Origin: a virus
Taxonomy: Duplodnaviria; Caudoviricetes
DNA: 59,900 bases
Reading direction: 5' to 3' (one strand)
Virus record (IMG/VR): IMGVR_UViG_3300044618_002542
Location: 1 to 59,900 of that record
The notes beneath the pieces were generated by a model, which saw only the letters and a program-made list of their open reading frames with translations, did not search any database and had not been told where the DNA came from. Shown here piece by piece: positions 45,813 through 55,656 of this stretch (position 1 is the first letter of the stretch; every line of letters begins with the position of its first letter). Made by a program: the position numbers and the translations under genes.

Positions 45813-47416
45813 TTCGCGAGTCCTCTGCTCTGTAGTTCGCGGCCTAAAGACTGGGCGAAAGCTTCCGGGGAGGGGAATACTGCGCCGGCCCCTCGCATCG
45901 CTGCGAAAGCGGCTTTGGGGCTTCCAGGGGGTGTTGGCTCACCGCCGGCGGCCGATCCGGGAACCATTCCTGGCGGCATTCCCGGTTGCTGAGGCGGGTG
46001 AATCTTCGGGTTGGCCAAGATTTCGTCGTCCGCATCCGGCCGGGCCGATCCGATTATCTGATAAAGCTCGTCCGACTTGATCTTGAGCCCCATTTCGTAG
46101 GCTTTTCCGATGGCGTCGAGTCGTTCGCGGACGTTATCGGATTCGGTATCAATGACGAATTTGACGCCGATATGCGCCGACTTCGGAAAATTCCAAAGCT
46201 GCATCGGCCGCAAAATATCGGTGGTGATCGCTTCCTGAAGCTTCACCGCGTCATAACTGAGGATATCGCCAAGCGTCGCTAAGTGTGCGTCGGCAACCCC
46301 TGAACCCATCCCGGTTGCGTCCGCTTCGCTTGAAAGCGTTTGGCCAAGGATATATCGCTTGATCTTGTGGCCAAAATACGTCCGGATTATCTCAATTGTC
46401 GTATTGACCCCGCCGAGCCCCGGTTCGACAAGTTGAGGCATGTACCGGTCAGAATCCTCGCCGGCGGGAATCGGTGCAAGAATCACTGTCCGCCCGCCAC
46501 CCATCGCGGCGTAAGCGGCTTTTTCCGTCTCGATTTTCGCTTTTTGATTGCCGCTTTGATACGGCCAAATCTCAATCCCAAATGCGGCCCGGTCCAGGTA
46601 CTCGATAACCCGCTGCAAACACTCGATTTGGGCGTACCACGTCCAATAAATCCGATCGCGAATCCCGACCCCGTGGATTCGGCCGGCCATGCGGGGCTGA
46701 TCCCACGGGCCGTCTTCAATTAAATGCTTGTGGACCGCGACGGTGGCCCGCTCCCATCGGTTTAACCAGTAAACCAAGCCGGATTCGGTTGCCTGAATCC
46801 TGGCTCGGCCTCTTTCGTCCCTGTTGCTGGGGAGTTCTGGCCGGAATGCGGACGAAACACGGATCCCGATTTGGTCGGGGTCGATATCGTGGGATCCGTC
46901 GTCGTACCGAAAAACAAGCTTATCTCCGTGCCGCGGCTCCCATCGGCGAATGACCGTTCGCCATTTTCCGCCGATGTTTTTCGCCCCGTACTGATTGGCG
47001 ACGGCATAACGGCCGTACCAGATTGCTTCCTGCATTACCCGCCGATATTCCGTGAAATACGGCGTATTTTCCAAAATCGTCGTCAGCGCCGCGGCCAAAT
47101 CTTTTTGTTCTTGGCTCTTTTCGTCATCCGTGGCTAAGTGCCACGGACAAAGGGCGACGGTTCGCTGCCGACCTTCGACGCACTCCATGATCCCGCAATC
47201 GGCCCGCATCCTCTGAGCATTTGCTCTGCTGTCTTGCAGAGCTTCATCCATATTCAGGTAGCTTTTGGACGAAACGCCAAACCGGCCCGATGCCGTGTGA
47301 ATATGGGGAACGACATCCATCCCGAAATTCGGCGGCGCCCCTGTCCCCTTGGCTGGATCGCGCAAAGACGCCTGAATTATCGACGCTGGGATCATGCGGG
47401 GGTCGATTTCGGCCAT
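45809..47416 (-). CDS. Portal protein, Mu gp29/DUF935-like
   Basis: AIWYGRYAV and ILGQTLSSEA...GVADAH motifs; 535 aa, downstream of terminase. Confidence 0.85.
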   Translation of the reverse strand: MAEIDPRMIPASIIQASLRDPAKGTGAPPNFGMDVVPHIHTASGRFGVSSKSYLNMDEALQDSRANAQRMRADCGIMECVEGRQRTVALCPWHLATDDEKSQEQKDLAAALTTILENTPYFTEYRRVMQEAIWYGRYAVANQYGAKNIGGKWRTVIRRWEPRHGDKLVFRYDDGSHDIDPDQIGIRVSSAFRPELPSNRDERGRARIQATESGLVYWLNRWERATVAVHKHLIEDGPWDQPRMAGRIHGVGIRDRIYWTWYAQIECLQRVIEYLDRAAFGIEIWPYQSGNQKAKIETEKAAYAAMGGGRTVILAPIPAGEDSDRYMPQLVEPGLGGVNTTIEIIRTYFGHKIKRYILGQTLSSEADATGMGSGVADAHLATLGDILSYDAVKLQEAITTDILRPMQLWNFPKSAHIGVKFVIDTESDNVRERLDAIGKAYEMGLKIKSDELYQIIGSARPDADDEILANPKIHPPQQPGMPPGMVPGSAAGGEPTPPGSPKAAFAAMRGAGAVFPSPEAFAQSLGRELQSRGLAK

Positions 47417-47482
47417 TTTGCTACCAGGGTGGGTTACGCGGCGGGGTTGATCGTATCATAAATCGGGGCGGATTTCGACACT

Positions 47483-48451
47483 TTACCGGCCTCGATTTGG
47501 CTCCCCACGGTCGGGTTCGCCCCGGTTTGGTTGCGCGAAAAGCCTCTCGGGCAGGGTCGACCGTGTATAGGATCGCCGAATCGCCCTGCCCCGTTCGCCA
47601 ACCGGCGTAAATTCTGACTGGCGAAATGGTCCTTCCCCGCCCATTCTGGCGACGGTTCGCGTCCTGAATCCGGCGGCCGTCGCTTTCCTCGGGACGTAAT
47701 CGCCGTGCGACTGAATAAGGCGGTAGGTGTGCTGATGGCTCCAAACCGACCCACGGACGCGAAGATAATCCCAGACGGCCCCGCCGGCGGACTGTGCGGA
47801 CGCTCTCGAAAAATCGTGGTATTTCCTGACGGGAACGTCGTAATAGGCGTAGGTCTGCCCCGGACCGGATCGGCCGCCGCTGGAAGTCACTCCCAGGAAA
47901 GTGACGTACAAAATCCCGCGGGTTCTCGATTCCGGCTCGAAGAAATACCCGTAGACGTTGGTCGATCCGGGGGTCAGCCGCATCGCGTCCATCATTTCCG
48001 CGAATTGCTGCGGATCGTATGCGGCGCCCCTGCCGAATAATCCCCGCGGCTTTTCCGGCTCTGGGGGCGGAGGGGCTGCCGGTGATGGCGGCGCGGGTGG
48101 CGGCGGTCCCGGTGGTGGAGGGGCTGCCGTCGGCCTGCTTGGGTACGTTATCTGTGGCGGCGGTGATGGCCATTCCCGAATCTGTATCGGCGGGGCTCCC
48201 GGCCGCCAGTCCGGCGCCCGTTCCTCCCGTTGCTCCTGCTGCTGCCTTTGCCGAAAAACAAGTTCAGCTAGCCGCCGGGCAACTGCTCTTGCGAAATCCT
48301 GAGCGGCGACCGGCCTGAACGATCGGCGGCCGATTGTTTGCCGAATGTACGGCCCGGTTTCGGTTTCCGGCGGCCGTCCGGTTACCGCTTGGCTAATAAT
48401 CCCGCGGACGGTGCGGCCGGCCGATTTTGCAAGGTTGAACAATCGGCTCAT
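47483..48451 (-). CDS. KTSC-domain protein with a Pro-rich linker
   Basis: STNVYGYFFE...LYVTF...YAYYDVP..Y..F..A.SAG. Confidence 0.75.
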   Translation of the reverse strand: MSRLFNLAKSAGRTVRGIISQAVTGRPPETETGPYIRQTIGRRSFRPVAAQDFARAVARRLAELVFRQRQQQEQREERAPDWRPGAPPIQIREWPSPPPQITYPSRPTAAPPPPGPPPPAPPSPAAPPPPEPEKPRGLFGRGAAYDPQQFAEMMDAMRLTPGSTNVYGYFFEPESRTRGILYVTFLGVTSSGGRSGPGQTYAYYDVPVRKYHDFSRASAQSAGGAVWDYLRVRGSVWSHQHTYRLIQSHGDYVPRKATAAGFRTRTVARMGGEGPFRQSEFTPVGERGRAIRRSYTRSTLPERLFAQPNRGEPDRGEPNRGR

Positions 48452-49851
48452 CGGTATTGCCTGTCCCTTTTGTCACGGATCCGCTGAAGGGCGACCACGG
48501 CCCCAAATCGTTGCGAGTCGACCGTCTGCCGTGTCTTCGTCGCCGGCTCCCCTGCCGACATCATACCGCTTGCCAGCTTGTTAAATGCCCCGGCCGTTGC
48601 ATCCACTTGGTCGTCGTGAGCGAATTCCGGGAAAGCGGTCAACTCATCAATCCAATCTGAATTCCACGGCGCCGATACAATCCGGATATTTCCGGCCTCT
48701 GCCTGAGCGGACAGCCCCATTGCCCGAACGATTTTCGCCTCCCCTGGCAGTTTTTCCCCGCCGACCATCCGGCGGCTTGCACCTACTGAAACGTTATCAA
48801 TGAATGCCGGGAAGCCTACCAGCATTTTAACGAACATCTGCGAAACTTCCTTTCCGCCCGACCCGCCTTCCTGCTCACCGAATACCAGAACCTCGTTTTG
48901 GTACTTTCGCGCATCATCCCTGGCGGTCTGCAGAATGACCTGATTTCGGTCGTGATAACTCCATTGGCCACGTTTTACGTCCTCGACGTAGAAGATCCCG
49001 CGACTATCGACCGCCATCAGGACGCCCGCCGAATAGTCGCCGTCCCCCTCGGTGGAAGCCCGATCCCAGTACCGGACCCGTTGACAGTCCCTCGGGACGT
49101 GGTCGACAAATTGAAACCACTCCCGGCGGAACATCAGCCCTTCGATATCGACGAATTCGCCTTCGAGTTCCTGGGCGGACAATCGCGAAGAATACCGGCC
49201 GCGAATGTTTTCAAAAAATTCCTTCGGCAAGAACGGGTTGTCAATCGTTCTTGCCCGGATGAGGCCGGTGTTATTTTTCGGCTTGTATGGCTTGCCGTTC
49301 GCCGTTACGCATCCCTCGAAATAATCTTCATTTTGTCCTAGCGGTTCAAAGCATTCGGTGAACGTCCAGTGTTTCGTCCCCCTGGGTGTGAACGTCAGCC
49401 ACAGCGGCCCCATTTTGCCCTTGTAGCGAAGCGTCGGGATAATCACGTCAAACGCGGCGCGGCTTGTCAAACTGGCTTCATCGATCCAGACGCCAGCTTT
49501 TGACGGCCCGGCCAGTTTGTCCGGCACCTCGGCCGATCGAAAAACAATCGACGCGACCCCGCGGTCGGAGGTTCGCCACCAAATCCTGGGGTACGGTGAC
49601 AGGATTTGGCGAATGTACACGTCCGTTTGCTTGGCTACTTCCTCGAACGTCGGGAAGGTTGTTTCCCGGACGACCCCAGCGTCAGGGGATAAGGCGGTAA
49701 ACTGATCGCCCGATTTCGCGTATTTTTGGACGGCGCGAGCCCCGATAACCGTCTTACCGACACCGCGGCCCCCGCAAAAAGCACGAATCCAGGTTTTCAG
49801 GTCGATAAAACCGGCTTGCTTGCGGTAGATCGGAAACGGCCTGACTTTCAT
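48448..49851 (-). CDS. terL: Terminase large subunit
   Basis: GGRGVGKT, WIDEAS, TFTP, DNPFL; nuclease YWDRAS and HDDQVDA. Confidence 0.93.
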   Translation of the reverse strand: MKVRPFPIYRKQAGFIDLKTWIRAFCGGRGVGKTVIGARAVQKYAKSGDQFTALSPDAGVVRETTFPTFEEVAKQTDVYIRQILSPYPRIWWRTSDRGVASIVFRSAEVPDKLAGPSKAGVWIDEASLTSRAAFDVIIPTLRYKGKMGPLWLTFTPRGTKHWTFTECFEPLGQNEDYFEGCVTANGKPYKPKNNTGLIRARTIDNPFLPKEFFENIRGRYSSRLSAQELEGEFVDIEGLMFRREWFQFVDHVPRDCQRVRYWDRASTEGDGDYSAGVLMAVDSRGIFYVEDVKRGQWSYHDRNQVILQTARDDARKYQNEVLVFGEQEGGSGGKEVSQMFVKMLVGFPAFIDNVSVGASRRMVGGEKLPGEAKIVRAMGLSAQAEAGNIRIVSAPWNSDWIDELTAFPEFAHDDQVDATAGAFNKLASGMMSAGEPATKTRQTVDSQRFGAVVALQRIRDKRDRQYR

Positions 49852-50405
49852 TGCCCGCGGGCTCGTTTGTAATCTTCCAGCGAAATCGCCCGGAATTCCT
49901 CGGCCTCTTCCCTCGTCTCGATCAGCAAATCGACCACTTCCGGCGAATCGGCGGCTTTCCCTTCGTCAACTTTTTCGAACGTCAAGCCAAGCAATTCACA
50001 CCGCTGTCGGACGGTATTGGTTATCGTGGCCAGAAATGCCGGGGAGCCGGCTTGGTTGATTCTCTTTGTGCCGGTTTTGACCGTCGGCCCCTTCGGGCTG
50101 TCGGTTTCTTCGTCGACGACCTGAACCTCGTCCTTTAGCGATCGGTCCCACCCCTCCCAGGCGGCCCGCTCCACAGCGTCAAGTTTCGCGCATTCTTTGG
50201 CGATCAAATCGTTCCGGGCCTTTTTTGTCCTGGCCCGCCATCGCTTTCGTTCGCGGGAAATGATCTTCCGGATTTCTCCGCCGTCAATTCCTTCCCGCTG
50301 GGTAATTTCGTGAATCGGATACCCGCGGACGTAAAGACCGACAATCCGGCCCGCCGTTGCGGTCGTAATGTCGGCCGATTGCGTCTTGTCTACGGGTTTA
50401 ATCAC
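49848..50405 (-). CDS. terS: Terminase small subunit (putative)
   Basis: N-terminal HTH-like segment, RCELLGL, overlaps the terL start. Confidence 0.7.
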   Translation of the reverse strand: MIKPVDKTQSADITTATAGRIVGLYVRGYPIHEITQREGIDGGEIRKIISRERKRWRARTKKARNDLIAKECAKLDAVERAAWEGWDRSLKDEVQVVDEETDSPKGPTVKTGTKRINQAGSPAFLATITNTVRQRCELLGLTFEKVDEGKAADSPEVVDLLIETREEAEEFRAISLEDYKRARGQ

Positions 50406-50406
50406 T

Positions 50407-51393
50407 TCACTTTACCGCCGGGGATTCCAGCATTTTTGCGACCTTGGCCCCGGTGAGTCCGGGGTACTCGTTTTTCAGCGCGGAGGCAATTTCGCCGGGC
50501 TTCATGCCGTCGACCGCACAAGCGGCCACCCGCTCGACCACGTTATCAATTTCGGCGTGCGGTCCCCTCTGGCCGGCGGATTTCGCCCGCTGAAACTGCT
50601 CGTCCTCCTGTCGTCGCATTTCGGCCAAGCGATCGGCGGGGGAGGCTGCCAGGGAAGGTAACTGCCCGTCAATCGGCATTCCGAGGAAATCGGCCCGCTC
50701 CTTGACCTGCTCGACGCTAACCCCCTTCATCCGTGCGATTTGGGCAGACGGAACCCGCTGCTCGATCAATGAATCGATCGACTCGGGGGCGATCTTCGCC
50801 GGCTTCGGCTTGCTCGGATTCGCGTACCGGTTTCGTTTGGTACGCTCGGACCATTCCTTTTCAGTCTGTTCGACTTTTCGCCGATAGGCCGGTGAAGTCC
50901 AGGTTTTCCGGTCGTAATGAGTGCCCGGCTTTTCGTATTCTTCTCGCACCATCCGAACGTCGGCAAATCCGTACTGTAGAGCGATTTGACGATCTGAAAC
51001 GCCTTGGACCTCAATGAGCGTCTTGATCGATTCGGGGTAAACGATCTTCAACGGCTTCACGTCGCCGATCGCCGACCATGCGTTCCAAAGCTGATGACTG
51101 CCGGCTGGGTCGGTGTTTGAAGCGTCGATTTCAATCCCTTGGCTCCAATCTGCCAGGGTGTGTTCAAATCGGTCAATCGCCAGGACTAGCGGCTTGGCTT
51201 CCATTTCTGCTTCGGCCGTGTCGCATAGATCGATCAAATCGGCCCACGCATTCGCGACGGCTTCGGAAATTGTCTTTCGTTCAGCCCCCCGCCAGTTCAC
51301 AAGCGGAGCCGATTCCTCGGGCATTTCGTTCCACTGGTCGATCGTCGCTTGGGCTCTAGCGATTTGGTCGGTTAGTTGTTGTCTGGTCAGCAT
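50407..51393 (-). CDS. Protein with repeated HTH-like units
   Basis: ESIKTLIEVQGVSDRQIA, ESIDSLIEQRVPSAQIA and GMKPGEIA repeats. Confidence 0.65.
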   Translation of the reverse strand: MLTRQQLTDQIARAQATIDQWNEMPEESAPLVNWRGAERKTISEAVANAWADLIDLCDTAEAEMEAKPLVLAIDRFEHTLADWSQGIEIDASNTDPAGSHQLWNAWSAIGDVKPLKIVYPESIKTLIEVQGVSDRQIALQYGFADVRMVREEYEKPGTHYDRKTWTSPAYRRKVEQTEKEWSERTKRNRYANPSKPKPAKIAPESIDSLIEQRVPSAQIARMKGVSVEQVKERADFLGMPIDGQLPSLAASPADRLAEMRRQEDEQFQRAKSAGQRGPHAEIDNVVERVAACAVDGMKPGEIASALKNEYPGLTGAKVAKMLESPAVK

Positions 51394-51426
51394 CGAACCA
51401 TTCCTGGCAGTTTGTTGGGGGATTTC

Positions 51427-51460
51427 AAAACAAAACCCCGCCGAATTTTAGCCGGCGGGG
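51427..51460 (-). terminator. Intrinsic terminator
   Basis: CCCCGCCG stem followed by TTTTGTTTT on the minus strand. Confidence 0.7.
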
Positions 51461-51475
51461 CGATCGATCGGCAAA

Positions 51476-51877
51476 TCAAAGCCCGAAAAGCTTGAGAATC
51501 GCCGGAAGATATTTCATCACAAGCTCGAAAAACGCGGCCCAATCGCGAGCCATAAGCGTACCGTCGGGGGCCTCTTCGAGTTCGCCGGAAGTCTCCATTT
51601 CGTGAAGAACATTGTCAACGATATTTTCTTTCAGCCGCGGCCGGCGACCGTCACGGAAGATCCCTTCCAGCCGGCGGCGCTGCATCGGCCGAAGGTCGGG
51701 ATTTTGGTCGATTGACTCAAGAATCGCCGCTTCGACTTCCTTTCGGTTGACCGCTTGGGGCTGGCGAATCGCTTCCGGTTGCTCCTTGTCTTTCCACAAA
51801 GCTTCAAGTTGTTCTTGAGGTGCTGGGACTGGTTTCGGTGCTGGCCGCTTGGGCTTCGGCTTGGATTTTGTGACCAT
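51476..51877 (-). CDS. Hypothetical protein with a C-terminal amphipathic helix
   Basis: DWAAFFELVMKYLPAILKLFGL. Confidence 0.7.
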   Translation of the reverse strand: MVTKSKPKPKRPAPKPVPAPQEQLEALWKDKEQPEAIRQPQAVNRKEVEAAILESIDQNPDLRPMQRRRLEGIFRDGRRPRLKENIVDNVLHEMETSGELEEAPDGTLMARDWAAFFELVMKYLPAILKLFGL

Positions 51878-51884
51878 TTTTGCC

Positions 51885-52808
51885 TTAGAACTTGGGGGAA
51901 CGAACGATCAGAAACTCTTCGTCCGTTCGCTTATCGACAATTCGAAAATCGGCAAACGGGTTCGAGGGGTCGGGGGTTGGTGGCGGGTCGACCGGATCCG
52001 GTTTCCCGCCGGGGACGCGAAGCATTACTTCATCAGAGGGGCGCACCTTGTTTTTCACGATGTAGCCAAGCGACCTGGACTGAGCAAAGTCCGCTTCGGC
52101 TTGCCACGCCTTGCGGGCTAGCGATTGCTGATTGATTTCCGGCCTCATCAGAGCCCCGGCCGTCTGAACGTGAGGATGCCCCAATGCGTGCCCGATTTCG
52201 TGCGCCATCGTCGTAGCGCCGAACCATAGTTGCCACGTCCGATCGGAGTCGATCCGCTGCTGCTTTGGCCGGCTGCACGAATTATCTGCGAGGTAAGACC
52301 ATGCTAGGGTTGACCCGCTGAGAGACGCCGCATCGCACCAAATATGTGCGCCGTCCTTCACCCATCCGGGGTTGGGGGTGATCAAGACATCCAGGGAGTG
52401 ATTCCAGCAATTCATCGCCGCGATCAACATCTGATCAACTTCGGCTTGGCTCAATCCCTTGAGGGCCTTGAATACCCTGCCGTATCGAAGTTTACCGCGG
52501 CATGACTGCGGCCAGTTCGCTTCGGCCGGCTGATCCGAAGCGTAGAGCCGAACACCTGCAGAATCGACCGGGAAATCGGGGAAACCGCACCGGGGTTCTT
52601 CGATGATCGCCGAAAATTCCGGACTATCGCCTTCGTGGTCGACTTTCGACCGCATGAAAAGCTGATAGCTTTCGATCGCCGTTTTGACCGCTTGGTCGGT
52701 CAATTTCAGAAGCGGCAAGTCTTTTTCCGCTATCCCGGTCGGGGCTACCGGATTGTTGAAATGCCCCAAATCGTACAAGCGGCGGATAATTTCGGCGGAT
52801 CGCATCAT
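51885..52808 (-). CDS. Matrixin/MMP-like (M10) zinc metalloprotease with a cysteine-switch prodomain
   Basis: PRCGFPD, HEIGHALGHPH, Met-turn ALMRP. Confidence 0.88.
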   Translation of the reverse strand: MMRSAEIIRRLYDLGHFNNPVAPTGIAEKDLPLLKLTDQAVKTAIESYQLFMRSKVDHEGDSPEFSAIIEEPRCGFPDFPVDSAGVRLYASDQPAEANWPQSCRGKLRYGRVFKALKGLSQAEVDQMLIAAMNCWNHSLDVLITPNPGWVKDGAHIWCDAASLSGSTLAWSYLADNSCSRPKQQRIDSDRTWQLWFGATTMAHEIGHALGHPHVQTAGALMRPEINQQSLARKAWQAEADFAQSRSLGYIVKNKVRPSDEVMLRVPGGKPDPVDPPPTPDPSNPFADFRIVDKRTDEEFLIVRSPKF

Positions 52809-53416
52809 TTCTTCCCGATCAGTTCATTAACTTTGGCGGTAACTTCGACGGCCTTTTCAAGCGTGATTTTGTCGGCCGATCGCTCGACCCCTTGGGAAAT
52901 CGCGATCAAAAACGTTGACATTTTGGCGGCGTCCATCGGCCCGCCCGTCGCAATCTTTTCCGCGGCTTCTGAACCTACGCGGGTGCGGAAGGTTTCCCAC
53001 CCTTTGACCAATGATTCGGCGGCCGATTTGGTGACGTTTGCGGCATTATCCGGCGGCACTTCGCCGCGCTGGACCGCTTCACCGACCTGCTGGTAGATCG
53101 TCGCGATGATCCCGGCCCCGTCCCTGTCGTTTTCGCCCCTGGCCCATTCATCGGCCTTAACGCTCAAGGCTTCGTCGGGGCTCTTGGGCGGTTCCGGCGG
53201 CGTCGGTGGGTTTGGTGGGTTTGGTGGGTCCGGATTCGGATCCGGCGGTGATGCCGTCCGTAAATCGGCAACTGATGACGCCCTGGTAAGGATCGGCGTC
53301 CCATCACCCGATTGCGTCAAAACGAAATAACCCGCGTCGGTGATGACGACGGCGGGTTCGGTGGAAAACGCGATCGCGGGGAATGCGATCGCGAACAAAA
53401 TCAAGGCTCGTAACAT
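52805..53416 (-). CDS. Exported protein with a Pro-rich linker
   Basis: Signal peptide MLRALILFAIAFPAIA. Confidence 0.7.
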   Translation of the reverse strand: MLRALILFAIAFPAIAFSTEPAVVITDAGYFVLTQSGDGTPILTRASSVADLRTASPPDPNPDPPNPPNPPTPPEPPKSPDEALSVKADEWARGENDRDGAGIIATIYQQVGEAVQRGEVPPDNAANVTKSAAESLVKGWETFRTRVGSEAAEKIATGGPMDAAKMSTFLIAISQGVERSADKITLEKAVEVTAKVNELIGKK

Positions 53417-53451
53417 TGCGCGTCCGTGGGCTAGCGTCGCGGTTGGGGTAA

Positions 53452-53871
53452 TCAGCGTATCGACGTTCGGGTCGATCCAAGCAAGCCTAGCGGCCCGCGT
53501 CTACTGACTTGATCGATTCTTTGGCGTCCTGGGGCTTGGATCGCAAGAATTCGCTGTTGAACGGCGGACTGAGTAAAGCAGGCACCGCCGGCGCATTCCG
53601 CCACCCCGCTTCTTATTCGGATCCGCTGGACCTGTGCGGGTTGCACCTTAACCGCCTGAATTCTTTGGATTTTCTGGACCTGTTGAATTTGAACCGGCTG
53701 AACTTTTACTGCCTGGACGGCTTGCAATTCATAAACCGGATCGGCCTGGATCAATTGAACAACCTGGTCACCGTGCCCGCCGGCTTCGGAAATCGTCGGC
53801 AATCCAATCGCAACAAAGCAAACGGCCACAATGGCCAGCAAACCTAAAAAGCGTCGCAACTTCCCTAGCAT
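53452..53871 (-). CDS. Exported Gln/Val-rich low-complexity protein
   Basis: Signal/TM segment, QAVKVQP repeats, CAGGAC. Confidence 0.65.
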   Translation of the reverse strand: MLGKLRRFLGLLAIVAVCFVAIGLPTISEAGGHGDQVVQLIQADPVYELQAVQAVKVQPVQIQQVQKIQRIQAVKVQPAQVQRIRIRSGVAECAGGACFTQSAVQQRILAIQAPGRQRIDQVSRRGPLGLLGSTRTSIR

Positions 53872-53872
53872 A

Positions 53873-54373
53873 TCACCAGTCTCCCAGGAACAGTAATTTA
53901 GCCACTTCACCGCGTTCCTGATCGGTAAGTGGCTCCAAATCCTTCGGCATTTCGCCGCTTAGAATCGAACGCATGACCTTAGACTTCTGCTCTGCGGTCA
54001 GCGTCGCCGATCCGTCGAGCACGATTCCGCCGGCCGAATTTTGAGCAGAATGACATTTGGCGCACTTCTGGGCCAGGATGGAATTCACCGGGGCCGATCT
54101 CGATTCGGCGATTGATTTTTCGGCTTGAAGAAACAAGCGAAATTTCTTCAATAGCTCGGCGTCTTCATGGTCCGCCGATTGTCCCATCCTAGCAGACTCG
54201 ACAAGCACCTGAGCCCGATACGGCGCACCGACGAGGTAAAGCACCTGCGGGGCGGCTTTTTGCACGACCGCATACTCTACCGATCGCTGAACCTGCTGAA
54301 CCTGATAACAATCGGTCGCGGTCGCGGGGACGGATGCAAACAGGACTGCCAGGAGAGTTACAAATCGGATCAC
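53873..54373 (-). CDS. Exported planctomycete-type monoheme cytochrome c domain protein
   Basis: Signal peptide; ILAQKCAKCH...GGIVLD...ILSGEMPK...LTDQE (CxxCH plus distal Met). Confidence 0.85.
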   Translation of the reverse strand: MIRFVTLLAVLFASVPATATDCYQVQQVQRSVEYAVVQKAAPQVLYLVGAPYRAQVLVESARMGQSADHEDAELLKKFRLFLQAEKSIAESRSAPVNSILAQKCAKCHSAQNSAGGIVLDGSATLTAEQKSKVMRSILSGEMPKDLEPLTDQERGEVAKLLFLGDW

Positions 54374-55656
54374 GGCTGCGATCTCCAGTCTTGGACCGAT
54401 CGCACCGCTTGGGCATAAATCGATTCCCAGGACGTTCTGGGGATCGTGAATCCGTGGGCGAGGGCGATCAACCGGGGGTGAACGGGTTGCCCGCTATTCT
54501 GAGCGTATCCGATTGCTTTTGTCAAATCGTCGGGGATTACGCCGACTTCACGGGCTGCGGTTTCGATCGTCAACGGCGAGTCGTAAAGCTTGACCGTCGA
54601 AACAAAATCGGCGACGGCTTCGCGGGGCGGCTTACCCGTCACCGCTTCGACAATCGCCGCGAATTCCTTTCGGTTTTCGCGTAGTTCGTTCTCTAGGTCA
54701 GACAGGTGAAACGACTCGATTTTCCGCTGCGTGGTCTTGTCGCTGGCGTATAGCTCGGCCCCGGCCCCGATCAGTTCCCGAACCTCGTTTGATTTAACGT
54801 CGATCAGCCCCTCGGCATGGCAAGCAATACACGAAACGCCGTTTCGAATTTCGGTTGCGTTGTGACGAACTCGGGTGTAGTCGCTCGCCACGTCCGGCGG
54901 CGCCGCTTCCTGTCTTTGGCCGGCGGCGTTGCTCAATAGATAAACCTGCAAAGCCCCGCGGGTGCCGGTCGCCGTGTGGATCTTCGGCACGCCCACAATC
55001 CATTCTTCGGCCTCATGCTGAAAGCTGCCGTCGGGCCGAAGCGTCGGGTCGGTTCGGTCGTTGATTGTTGACGAATCCCGCGTCCCGTAGGCGTAACCTT
55101 GACGAACTCCGAACGACTCAATCCATCGTTTCTTCGATAGGATCACCCCGGAATTCCCTTCGATCAAACCGAACGACTGACCGGCCGATCGGGACACGCC
55201 GACCCGTGACAGAAAATCATCCCTGGTTGCCGGCGGGGCGCCGAATAGCAAATCGTAATAACTGGTCGATTCCTTCGCGTCGGTCGCGAACGTAATAAAC
55301 CAATCGGCCCGGATCACCAGAGATGGCCGGCCCTTCGCGAAAACTGCGTAAGGGTTTCGGGCTGCGACAATCGGGAATCGAGATTCCCAGCCGAATGCCG
55401 CGGTATCGATCCAATAAAGCCCTTCGCCGGCCGGGTTTGGTTTCTGATAGTCGACGATGGGCTCAAGGGATAGCGACGGCAGGATCAGACGGAGGGCTGC
55501 CAGGGTGGGTTCGTGTCGGTCCGGCGGAAGGTGGTTGACCGAAAAGTAATAAGTCGTCGCCGGATCGAGCCCGCTAGAATCGCGGTGGGCGGTCGCCGCG
55601 GCCCCGTCGAGGACGGGAAGCACGCCGGCGAGTAAAAGATAGATAATGGTCAGCAT
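54370..55656 (-). CDS. Exported protein with a c-type heme motif
   Basis: Hydrophobic N-terminus; IRNGVSCIACHAEG. Confidence 0.75.
   Translation of the reverse strand: MLTIIYLLLAGVLPVLDGAAATAHRDSSGLDPATTYYFSVNHLPPDRHEPTLAALRLILPSLSLEPIVDYQKPNPAGEGLYWIDTAAFGWESRFPIVAARNPYAVFAKGRPSLVIRADWFITFATDAKESTSYYDLLFGAPPATRDDFLSRVGVSRSAGQSFGLIEGNSGVILSKKRWIESFGVRQGYAYGTRDSSTINDRTDPTLRPDGSFQHEAEEWIVGVPKIHTATGTRGALQVYLLSNAAGQRQEAAPPDVASDYTRVRHNATEIRNGVSCIACHAEGLIDVKSNEVRELIGAGAELYASDKTTQRKIESFHLSDLENELRENRKEFAAIVEAVTGKPPREAVADFVSTVKLYDSPLTIETAAREVGVIPDDLTKAIGYAQNSGQPVHPRLIALAHGFTIPRTSWESIYAQAVRSVQDWRSQP

Noticed and set aside
47421-48173. 250 aa alternative-frame ORF overlapping the KTSC gene
   Set aside because: Arg-rich and motif-free; the other frame carries the recognisable domain.
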